Source: Klebsormidium nitens (taxonomy: Eukaryota > Plantae > Klebsormidiophyceae). From it: 64,000 nt of DNA. Below are positions 15,001-25,600 of this stretch, one piece after another. The notes beneath the pieces are model-generated. The model made no database searches. It saw only the letters and a program-made list of their open reading frames with translations, and was not told the origin of the DNA. How positions within the stretch are numbered: position 1 is the stretch's first letter; each line of letters opens with the position of its first letter. The translations under genes and the position numbers were made by a program. The stretch spans positions 62,001-126,000 of the forward strand of contig DF237063.1 in assembly GCA_000708835.1 (NCBI GenBank). The letters are read 5' to 3'.

Positions 15001-16846
15001 CTAAAAGCAGAAACGAGACTTTCATTTTGTTTTTGTGGTAGTAGGGGGCGCCGTAGCGGTGATATGAGTGGTCGAACACGTACTCACTGGGGAGTGCCTG
15101 GGAATTTCACATGCTTGAATTTTCCAAGAGGTTGGTTATTCAGGGCCGACAGCGAAGAATGTTAGGGACACCGTAGCGGTGGTGCGTGCTGGCCCACGAG
15201 TGATCATCGCCCTGGGAGTGCCTGTGTTGAAAATTGACGATTTTGGAGTCAGCATTGGTAACACTAACCATTCGGTTTGCCAGAATTCAGGACTGGACTC
15301 TCTGTTGAAAGCGTAGTGGTCAACTACGTACATGTCCTCAGAGTGCTTGTCAATCACAAGAATAGGAGGTTCCCAGTCAGGATTTCGGTTTCTCTTTGAA
15401 TCAATGGATTAAGCCATGGGGTCTTTGGTCTGAATTCTGTGTTAAGAAGGGCCCGCCATAGCGGTGGTGCGAGCTGGCGCATGAGTGATCGGAAACGCAT
15501 GCGCCTGGGGAGTGCCTGGTGGTTTGAGATTCGGGGAGTTCGTGAACCACTTGAGAAGGGGAGCCGCTTTCCAACTTGGCAGACTGTATACGAGGAAGTT
15601 TGTGAACGTGCCCCCTTGAAGGGTTGCTGAAAAGCTAGGCAACTGCAGCGTCGACCTTGCGAGACGAGATAGTAGGGACAACCTTTCCTCGGGAAAAGGT
15701 CGCAACTCAGGGGCCTGTGGCTTGGATCGAAACAGGTTTTGTCTTTCTTAAAAAGCCCGTACATCACAGCATGAACTTACGTTTACACCCTAGAACCTTT
15801 TCCACCTCCGAAGCAACAAACGAGCAAATGTCTTGAGAAGTGTAGTTACCTTCTAAGATGCATAGGCACCACTCCAAACAGTCGCTAAGAAGTGAATAAT
15901 GACATCACGTCGCCCTAGAAATGAAGTACCGTTCCAAGCAACAAAGCGTCGATTGACTATGTTTCTCTGAGAGTTGTGCTCACCCTTTGAGGTACATAGG
16001 CACCACTCCCAGCACGGCCCCAGTGTCATCCCTAGCTACAACGTGCTGCGGCAGCCAGCCTTCCTCCTGTAAAATCAAGATTGCTTGGTTTCGAGATGCT
16101 CCAGATTGTGGCATGGCCATTGGTTTGTTTCGAGATGCTCCCGACTGTGGCATGGCCATTGGTTCGAACAGGAGGACTCCATTCTTTGCGGTTTTAGACT
16201 ATGGCTTCCATTAGGGACATAGTCTTGGACCCTGAGACTCAGCAGTTTCTAGGGTGCGTGGAAGGGAGCCCGAGAGGAAGCCCGAAAGTTACACTTTGTT
16301 TCGAGCGTCCAATTCAAGATGTCATCGTTGAGCACACCGCAGGACGATCCACAGTCCTAGATTCTCCCTGCCACTCCGTTCTTCTAGGAGTCGCTTGGAG
16401 AAAATGAAACGAGTGTTGTCAAATCGCATGGAGGGTTGGACAGATAATTTTGGAGCAGCCAGGGGAAAATTCCGACGCCAAAAAGGCAGACGCGGGGAAT
16501 GGTGCCACGTGAGAACGACTCAGAGTCGACATCGTTGCTGCAACAGAAGCAGGTGTCCTCTGAAAGGGAAACTGGTCTGCCAACTTCCACAAGTCATGTA
16601 CCCCTCTCAGCAATTCCTTCAAAAGCCCCCCTTCCTCACCTTGACTGCGCTCTTGCTTTCCTCCAAACTCAGGAGGAACGCGTGCGACAAGAACGGGTTG
16701 CGCGCCCCCTCCCCCGCTGCCTCGAGCGCGCAAGCGTCCCAGTCTTCCGGAGAGACTTTTGAAATGTCCGTTATTACTGAGACTGTCAGGTTGAGCTGCG
16801 CCGTCGACTGCTGATCCCCCTCGCCCTGGCTGGTGGTTGCTACCTC
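9047..16846 (-). CDS. FemAB-like / DUF482 (PF04339-type) GNAT-fold protein. Exons 16640-16846, 15984-16066, 14425-14623, 14041-14162, 12992-13109, 12059-12111, 10860-11070, 9563-9733, 9047-9151.
   Basis: Family motifs occur in order across phase-compatible exons: NPFLSHAFLLSLEES, GWLPQH, YLKGHSQGEYVFDHSWA, YYPKLQSCVPFTPATGPRLL, QYHW, HWDAFYQFYRNT, WGTPYLTRDFF, GALNLIGGDTLFGRNWG, LHFEACYYQAIE, VEAGAQGEHKIQRGY. Confidence 0.92.
14720..15520 (-). repeat. Six degenerate copies, about 150 bp apart, of the acceptor plus 5' end of FemAB-like exon 14425-14623
   Basis: Copies of ag|GCAYTCYCAGGGYGAGTACGTRTTYGACCACTCGTGGGCCAGC at about 14720-14790, 14885-14945, 15040-15100, 15165-15230, 15310-15345 and 15445-15520. 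Confidence 0.9.
16088..16165 (+). repeat. Intronic tandem duplication, 39 bp x2
   Basis: gtttcgagatgctcc(a/c)ga(t/c)tgtggcatggccattggtt occurs at 16088 and 16127. Confidence 0.9.
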
Positions 16847-17619
16847 CTGCAAATTTACATCCAGAGGGGCTCTGAATGTCAAGCAAGGTCTTTATAAGCT
16901 TTGTTCCACAATCTTAGAAAATGCATCAACTTCAATGCCATGTTGGGACGTGGATTAGGCAGCTTTGCTGGAAGAGCGATTCCATGTCAGTGGTGATTGA
17001 TGTTCTGTTGATCATGCGTCTGATCTTTGGATGTTCTTTGAACAGGAGTATTGTCTTAGAGAGCAGGTCAACTATGAGAACATACTGAAGAGTAATATTT
17101 GATTGATTTGTCTTGGTGGACCTTTTGTGAAGGGACTCAGAGAAACTCTGAACAGGACAGCCAGCGGCCAGCGATATGGTGGCCAGGGAAAATAGATGAT
17201 CCTTTCAACAAACTATCTGAAAGACCGCGTAAAGATAGCGGAACAAAAACGTTATGGTAAGTCTTTAACAGCATCGTTGGATTTTACTGATTCATTCCTT
17301 TCAATGCAAGTGGCTCGCAAAAGATAGATCTCCATCACTTCTCCAGACCAAGGATAGACGATTTTCTGATTGGTGGTTTCCGAACTCTGAAGCTCCCGAA
17401 ACCCCTTTATGCCCAGATGTGGACAACCTCGATAAGGTTGCAACTTTTGCAAGCGTCTTGCGACAAGAAAGACGGAAGAGGGCATGTCCATCCCAACTTC
17501 AGCAGGTTCCAAGGGGGTCACCTAACCAACTCAACACCTTCGAGCAAACCGAGCCAGAGTGGGGGTATTTTTCGTTAAAACAATGTTTTGTCATCAGATC
17601 TGAGAGCCAGTTGTCTCAC

Positions 17620-18499
17620 GCTCTTGCTCTCCCAGCTCTCTGTGCCCACAGGTACTACTGATCTTTTGGGGGCGAACCATCCTGCGCGTATGCTCGAGCG
17701 GCTGCGATGCTTGTGCAGTGGGTGAAGCTGGCATTTGGAATCATTCCAGTCCTGCAGACGATGTCACATAGTGGTGTAAGTTGAGGTCGGGAGCAGGTTG
17801 TTTGCCACTCTGAAAGATCACCAGTAATAAGCCAATCAGCTGATATACCTGATTCAAAGAAGGCGAAATCTGCAGTTCATCCCATCGATATTCTCCAAGA
17901 ATGTCAGCTTGACTGCTTGACTTGGGCCGCCGACCTGTGCCACAGAAAACCTGAGACAGCGATTTTGAAGGTTTCGAATGCAGGCTAGGTGGCACCATTT
18001 GGCGAGAAGGACTGAGCCAATAGCCTTGCCTCCGGATTGAAGAGCAATCAAGAAATGAGGTTTTAGCTGTGGCAGATAGAAATTCTTCCAAAACAAGGCG
18101 GAGCAAAAAGGGCAGTCTTTATACAATGGAGAGTGCCCACCTTCTTCAAGAGACCGTGTTTCAAGCGAGGGCGGAACAGTTGTCCGCCGTGAGCACAGTA
18201 AGCGTGAGTGAATGGAGAGAAGGAGCTCCTAATACTTCCTTCCGACGTTTTAAGAGCATTGATGTCCCCAAGACACTTGCGTCCTGTTGCCGCCATTTTC
18301 CAGGTGCAGATCATATGTTACCGTATAACAGTTTTAACTTTTATCAAACCGACATGGACTCGGAGACTCAGAGTCAGACTCGGAGCATTCAAAAAGGTCG
18401 GCTGACAGTGAATACGTGTTCCGGGCCTGGCCCTCTCTTGAGTGTTAGGGCGGAACGGACGGAAGCTCCCTCCACCCGGGACCACGTTCTGCGTTTCAT
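17620..18499 (-). CDS. Tentative N-terminal (transit-peptide-like) exons of the FemAB-like gene: 18416-18499 and 17620-17751
   Basis: These are phase-0 exons with GT/AG ends. They give MKRRTWSRVEGASVRSALTLKRGPGPEH|DWNDSKCQLHPLHKHRSRSSIRAGWF..., which is R/S-rich, and join the 16846 exon in frame. There is no homology support. Confidence 0.4.
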
Positions 18500-18856
18500 C
18501 CAGGGCTCGGCTGGGCTCGGCAGCGGACCGGTTCAGTTGTCCGCCAGTTCACACCAGTCCGCCGGAACGCAGTTCTTCACGGGCTGCGGACTTCACAAAG
18601 TCCGCATTGCATTTTGTCAGGACAAAGGGCAGAGCTGGGCAGAGCGCTAGCGAGGACCAGCTTGTTGCAGGCGCACATTGGTGCTGGCCCTGGTCGTCGA
18701 GCTCCGACTCTCTTCCTGCAAGTAGGTAGGTTGAGCCGTAAAGGTCGACTGTCCTTGCCTGTATCTTCAATCTTCCTTGATGAGAGGACGGATATTGCTG
18801 AGATTGAAGCAGGGCGTCCGGCTAAGCGTGCGCGGATTTGAGGGGCCATCTTGCTG

Positions 18857-20440
18857 ATGGCAGAAGCGGGGACAGTCCCAACCCCGATTGGCGAGTTGCC
18901 GGAGGCGATCGCAATCTCAATTGCCGGCTTGCTGAGCCTTCGCGATATTAGTTCGCTGGCGCAAACATGTGCTAGCTGGCATGCAGCTTGCTCCAGCGAT
19001 GATCTGTGGAGATCCTTGTACTCGAAGAGGTGGCCAGATTCACCCCTGCTCAGTCCCGCTTCCAATGGCAGCCCCTTGATCTCGGCCCATCAGCATGCCT
19101 CGTCGCCTCTGGAGAACTACGGAGTGGGGTTTTCAGGCAGTAATGCCAAGGCCGTGCAAACGAATGAAAGTGACCTGGGGGCTCATTCATGGAGGGCAAG
19201 ATTCAAGACCCGCATCAATCAGGTGGCAGCTGATGAGAAGGCGCTGGCTGCTCTGCTGGATAATTTTCCAACCTTTGGAGGGAGGACGTCTCGGAGCATT
19301 GAGGTTGGTACTGCTTGTTGCTAAGAAAGAAACCTTCCGGTGCAACAATTTCGTGATATTCCATTCTTTTGCAGCACTTTTTCATGTGGGGCGCACGCCA
19401 AGCGCTTCCTTCGTGGAGCCGCTGTTGAAGTTCTACCGGATATGTTATATGCCTCAAATGAAACAGTCTCGTTCATTCTGTTGGTTGAGAGGACGTTGCT
19501 ACTAAAGTAAGTGCTTGCTCAGCGATGATTACAGCATGATACTTCGGTTGCTTCAGATGCCTCAATGCCAACAATAAAAACCAAAGATCTGGATAGGTTC
19601 TCTTGGTGTACTTGAGCTAAGATTACAAACTGTATCAGGCTTCTCACAGACCAAAGCTCTTTGTGAAATATGTTTTTTCTGATCCAGATTAATGCATACC
19701 AAGATGCCTTGGGAATCTTGAGGAGGAGCCGATGGAGCACCGAGGATGTGTTGGAAAGACTCTTGTCTCCAAAGAAGAGCGTCTTCCTCAATGTCGTTGG
19801 ACTCCATCATTGCTTGCAGGTACCAAAAAGAAATGTAAGGCTCGCAGACTTGTGCTTAGTCAGGCCAGGAGATGCCCCATCTAAATTGGTCCTTTCTAGG
19901 CTTGTCTAGCAAACATGACACTCATCAAAATCCAGCCCTCCTTACTTGTGAGTGCTGATTAGGACATTCCATCGGGGTTCCTCAAAGGGCATGAGAAGGC
20001 CTGATACATTGCAACATCTCAGCAGATCTGTCCAGAATGAGCCGAATGACCACGAGTTTTTTCCATGCCTTCATCTCTTCAAGATATAAACATATGAAGT
20101 TTGTGTGCAGGTCTTGGCGCTGCAATTCTGGCTTGAGAAACAAGCGGTTGCTAGCAGGACAATATGCATCCGGGTATGGTCGATGGGTGGATGGGCCGTC
20201 CAAGGATTTCGTCGCCGGGATGAGTTCCTTGTGTTACCTGATGTCAGCCTTTCCTCCATTTTAATGAGCTATGTGACCGAAAATGTAGAAGAGGTTCCTC
20301 TGGACGACAAGGAGCGCACCGGTTCGCGAGCTTTGAAGGTTCTGAAGCGGGGGCTGATGCATGAAGTCCGGAGGGTCCAGCTATCCGCTGACTTTGAATC
20401 TAGTGCTTGGGTTGCACGTGAGCAACATTCACAAAGGTAG
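18857..20440 (+). CDS. F-box protein of a conserved uncharacterised plant family. Exons 18857-19303, 19688-19819, 20111-20440.
   Basis: N-terminal F-box IGELPEAIAISIAGLLSLRDISSLAQTC..W...SDDLWRSLYSKRWP. The C-terminal motifs SVFLNVVGLHHCL, ICIRVWSMG.W...GFRRRDE and VLKRGLMHEVRRVQLS are recalled from land-plant homologs. All introns are phase 0. Confidence 0.85.
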
Positions 20441-22668
20441 CCTGCCCCGGTTGCAATTTGTGACTATGCGGCCCCAGAGTATCGTTTCGGCTAGCAATGT
20501 TGTAGGTAAAAACACAAGTCTCTCGGCTAGACTTTTGCCTTCGGCAATAAAAACAACAATGCAATAGATTTTACTAACTTTTTTCAAGATGTCATCAGGA
20601 GTTGGAACATGTACAGCAAAATACGATTCAACAAAACTTGTGAAAGTAGGCCCGGATCACGCAAAATATCGCCCATGATTACTTTTAGGCCAGTTATGTA
20701 CACAATCAAAAGACCATTTTTTGCGCAGTTTGTTTTGCAAAGACACTAGAAAGCACTGTACAGATTCTTTAACAATTGGAAGTAGGTAATCAAACAATCA
20801 GTACCTTTTTTATTAGTTGTCATTAGGAGGTCAAGGTGACTGTACAGCAAGAAGAAGATCGTCATGGACTTACTATAAAATAAGAAGAGGCGAGATGAAC
20901 ACTTTGTATAATTGGAGTTCGCCTGAATCTGCGTGAGCGACCTAGCTTCGCATGTTAAAAGGTTCAGCGACGCTTTGAGAGAGACCAGAGGCATACTAAA
21001 GAGTCCATTGCAAATAAATAGTGCCACAATCTGACATCTCTAGAGCAGTTCTCAAGGACGGTCGACACATGTTGGCAAAGGACATGAGGGACTTCGGATG
21101 CCAAATAGTTTGCCGTTCTACGTATCCCAAGTGTCGCAATGCGTTACGAGAGTGTAGGCTACCGTTGCATGACCATTGTTGAGTCGCAAATGAGGCTTCG
21201 GGGATTTGCGCATCAAGCATCATCATGGGCCTTTTGAAGTGACCCCCGTTGCCGCCCATTGCTGCAATCACCAGCGTGATAGGATTCAGTCTTAGGTTTG
21301 AGCTTACTGCCTATTCTGAATCGGGCCTGAATGGCCAAAAGCTACATATTGATTCAGGCCCGATCTGCTCCTACATTGTCGTCTCTTCTCTAGAAGGCTT
21401 GTGGAAGGCTTACGCCCCAGGCGGTCACGACTCGCGACTCAGGACCCACGTGGCACGTCCTCAGATTCTTGTAAGATCCTAGAAGTTGAGTGTACGTGAA
21501 CTTTGAAGGCTGTAACACGTCGATGTTTTGTCGATCAGCGGCTGCGATGGATTTCTTACTGTGGTTCTTATAAGCGCAGCTCGCTTCTAAATCACACCAT
21601 AAGCTATACTTATAACCTCCCCCAAGCTCTCTCCCTGTTGACGTAGTAGGTTATAGCCTATGGGCCCACTGGCCAAAGAACGAAGTTGTAAAAGTGTTCA
21701 CATGCTACTTTTACGTGCAAGGTGCGTCACCATCTTTGACACTCCGGGCAATCTGCTCTCCTCGGTGACGATCTACAATATATTTGTTAAGTTATAGGTA
21801 ACCGCAAGACAACCGGGTGGTTTCCGAGGGTCAGCTTGATCACGGTTAAGCTTCCGAGCCGACACGGTAATTTAAAAGCTTCCAGTCTTGAGTCTTTTTG
21901 CTTGTTCAGACCCCGGTTTGGTAATTGACTACCGACCTACCTAGAGATTGTCTGTTCGGTCATGAAGAAATGCTAGGATACTGTACTTAGTCGCTGCCCG
22001 GTTGTTTGAAGGAGTAGCATAGGGTCGTCCGGTGGACCTTGGATGACGCGCTACCGCACGCGCGACGACGAGATGTTCGGCAATCTTGTGGGCGGCAGTG
22101 CCGGCCTAGGTAACACTCGGCTGGTAACACTATTCGGTCCCACTCAGATAGGGACATGGACATAAAATCCGCCGTTTTGATTGAGCCGCGTGTCAAAAAG
22201 ACCCACGTGTCGATCATAGACCGGGGTCCGAGGCGCCGGAAATACAATTTGATGCAACGTCATTTGTTAGTCACATAATGACTTTCTGAAGATCGGACGG
22301 TCAAATTCAATCTATCATTGTATCGAACGGCCATCTGGGGGCTCAATGGCTTATTCATATTCCTGATTTCGTCTTATAAGAGCGGTCATACTCTCCCTTA
22401 TCTCTCTTTTTTCCCCTCTTTTTCTCTTTTCTCTCTTCTTTTCCCCTGTACCTATCTCTTGGCTGTGAGTGGGACCCCACCTGTGATGCAACTTCGTTCT
22501 TTGTACACTTGCCCCACTGGCAGGGTCTAGAGGCAGAGGAAGGGCCCCTGAACTGTGCAGCAGCCAGCGCCCTGCCAGCGCTGCTGCAACTGGGGGGCAA
22601 GCCTGCAGGACGGCAGGAGGACGGCAGGTTCAGGGATCAGATCGATTTGTTGGACTTGGGCGCTCGCA

Positions 22669-25600
22669 ATGGCAGCAACTAGTGGAGAAGAGTCTTCTAC
22701 TACTGTGGGGTCTGTGACAGGGAGGCAGTACGACCTGAGGGCCTTGGCAGACCCACTCTTCCAATTCTACCGGCGTTCTTTTCCCCCAAGTGAGTTTTTG
22801 AGGCTTGTCTGGGTTTGATACAGAACTGTTTCGATTGAGTTCATAGGTTTGTTCAGAACATGCAATCAGAGTTTGTGCCTGAAAGAAAAAATGTCTTGTG
22901 TTCCTGCTTCCGTAATGCATGTGAAGCCCAGGTCCGTGATTCTGAAAAGTGAGTTGATTTATCCAAAATTTCATTAACTGTCAGAGCACCAATTGTTTAA
23001 AAACCGAGTCAGATGTGCAGCTCTGGTGGATTCTCTTGCTAGACGTCAGCTTAAAGCCAGCATTGCCTTGCTCAGTTGGGCGGGACAGCGCTCCCTCTGG
23101 GAAAGAGGACAAGCAATTGGGCAAAGAAATATTGAAGTAGCTTTCTGGCTCATGCACGTTCATTGTCACCCAAGCCTTGAGCTATGAACAGAGAAAGCTC
23201 TTCAGAAGTCATGAGGTCCTTTTGGTCAATTCCAAAGCAACAAGCAGTGTCTAATTTTCAGTGGACCTTCTCTATTGTGCCACTTTAGCTTGGTGCAAAG
23301 TTGGCTTGGGACTAAAAAGACTCTAGCCATGAGCCCCTGGTATATGGCACCTCAATAGCCGCTAATCAGTAATCAGTCAATCTGCTTTGTGGATCAGATA
23401 CCCCAACTAGAGATGGAAACAAAGTTCCCCCTCTGCGGTCACCACCATCGCGGCGGTTGCTAATACAAATCGTCGATTAACCTGTCATCTGTTCCTGTTA
23501 ACCAGGTACTCCAACTAGAGAAGGGGGGATAATTGCCCCCCTCTGCAGTCACCACCCTCTCGGCGGTTGTTCTACGATTATTGGTTAACCTGTCATCTTT
23601 TTTTATCAACCAGGTACTCCAACTAGAGATGGGGAACAAGTCCCCCGCTCTGCTGTCACCACCCTTGCGGCGGTTGCTTCCAGCATCAAGAGGGGCGCTG
23701 AGGGCATGGGCAGATGGGGGCTTTCTGAGCTCACTCTGGGGCTGTACAAGCTCTCGCAGCGCCACGCTGCCGAGGGGGCAGAGGACGCAATTGGGGGAAC
23801 GCCCGTTAACAACAGGGGGTGAGCATGGCGTGAGGCGAATGCTTCGAGCTTCGGACACTGATTTGCATTCCTGTGTGTAAGAGCGTTGGAAGACCCGCAG
23901 ATAGAGTTGCTTTTCTTGGTTTGGAACTCTCTATTCCAACAATCTGTATCTGAAATTTCAGGCCGTCCCGAATCAGGCTCGTGGAAAAGGTTGGCAGAAA
24001 TGTGTGGTACAATCTTCCTCCTTCTCCTGTAAGAGAGCGTTTTCAGCAGGTTGTTCCTTCGTGAGAAATTAGAACAGTGTCATTCATTGACCAGCCAGTG
24101 GGTTGTTGTCACACCCATACATCGTTGTCTTTCCTTTGGTTGTTGTCACACCCATACATCTTGGTCTTTCTTTTGGTTGTTGTCACACCCATACATCGTG
24201 TCGCTCCTTTGGAGTTGCACACCTTGCCTCAAGGTAAGTATGAAAACTTTTAACCAGATCCTCGAGCTGGAACCGCTTTTGCCGCTTTTGACCCCTTTGA
24301 TTCGCCCGTTCCGTCTGAGACACTCGAGGAGCTAAAGCTCATATCGGAATCTGGAGGTTGCGAGAACTCACGGTGAAACTTTGTTCAATCACAGACCACA
24401 GAAACTGCATGAAAGTCCTCTTTATCCTCCTGCACTTCTCAGAATTTTCACCCCCTTTCTTCTCATGTGTACAGCGAACTCGAGACCCTCTTGTCATGGC
24501 TCTACATCGCCAATGCCGCCTACGAGCGTGACAAGCAGGGGGTGTCCAAAATCAGCACCCTGTCTGAGGAGCAGATTGTCAAAGTGTCCCTGATCTCGAG
24601 CGTGCACAAACCGGCGTACTACCTGGCAGTGGATCACTCAAAGCGTTGCGTGATCCTCTGTGTGAGTCCACCTGCTGCGCGCTTCAATCAAGGAACTGTT
24701 GGGATATTTGTTATTCGTTAGGTGCTCGGGTTCTGGAACTCGATGAAAGGGAGGGTCTTTCAAACGTTCTACTAATCATCACTGACTTGTCCTAGAAGAT
24801 GTGCTTTTTCTGGTTCGAAACTTCCGAGAGTGTCGAGGCTTGAAATGTGAGAAAGAACGCCAGCCTAATACGTTTTGGTTTGATCCAGCTAAAGTCAGAG
24901 ACTGCCACGCTGTGTCAGACTCGGAACCCCATCTTCCTGATAAGTGGAGAATCAGCAAAATGTGGGGTTTTCATTGACCCAATCTTCCGTAGTTTTCCAA
25001 CAAGCTCATCTTTCCCCAGGTGCGAGGCACATGGACTGCCACAGACGTGCTCACAGACATGAGCCTCGCTAGCGAGCCCTTCACAGGGCCTTCTCATTCG
25101 GACGGCGGTCGAAGCGGACAGTTGGACAGTCCGGCGGCTGGGATCAGCGGCTACGCGCACCATGGCATGTTGGAAGCTGCCAAGTGGCTGGCCGAAAATG
25201 AGAGCAAGAACTTGCGCGCGTTGCTGACTAGGCATCAGGTGAGGGTCCGATTGTGATCGCTTTGTCAGCTTGCAAATTGGTGATTAAAGGCAAGGGGATT
25301 TTGTACTCTTTTGAGATGGGGCACTCCAGGGCTTTTCGTAATCATCTACTGAAAGGACTCCACCTGTAATGGTCGAAGCATGACTAACGGCAGACCCTCA
25401 AAAGTGTTTTCCATTGTAAAAGTTCTCTGACACACTTGCATCGGAGAAACATTTTTCAAGAAGAAGATACCGACAACAGCAGAGTGTTTGCATGCTTTGA
25501 ACGGTGTACTTGCGGCTTTCGAGGGTGGGAAGTTCAGAGGAATTGCAAGTCAACGTTGACATGCTCCTGTTCTCGATTCAGAAATGCGTGTCTCCTGGAC

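Noticed and set aside
14720-15520. Regularly spaced repeats resembling a CRISPR array or a DGR template/variable repeat pair
   Set aside because: The units are degenerate copies of the host exon rather than identical repeats with unique spacers. Mismatches are not confined to adenines, no cas or reverse transcriptase gene is present, and the context is eukaryotic.
20746-22250. Short minus-strand ORFs between the F-box and lipase genes
   Set aside because: No phase-consistent exon chain or homology could be built, so the region is left unannotated.
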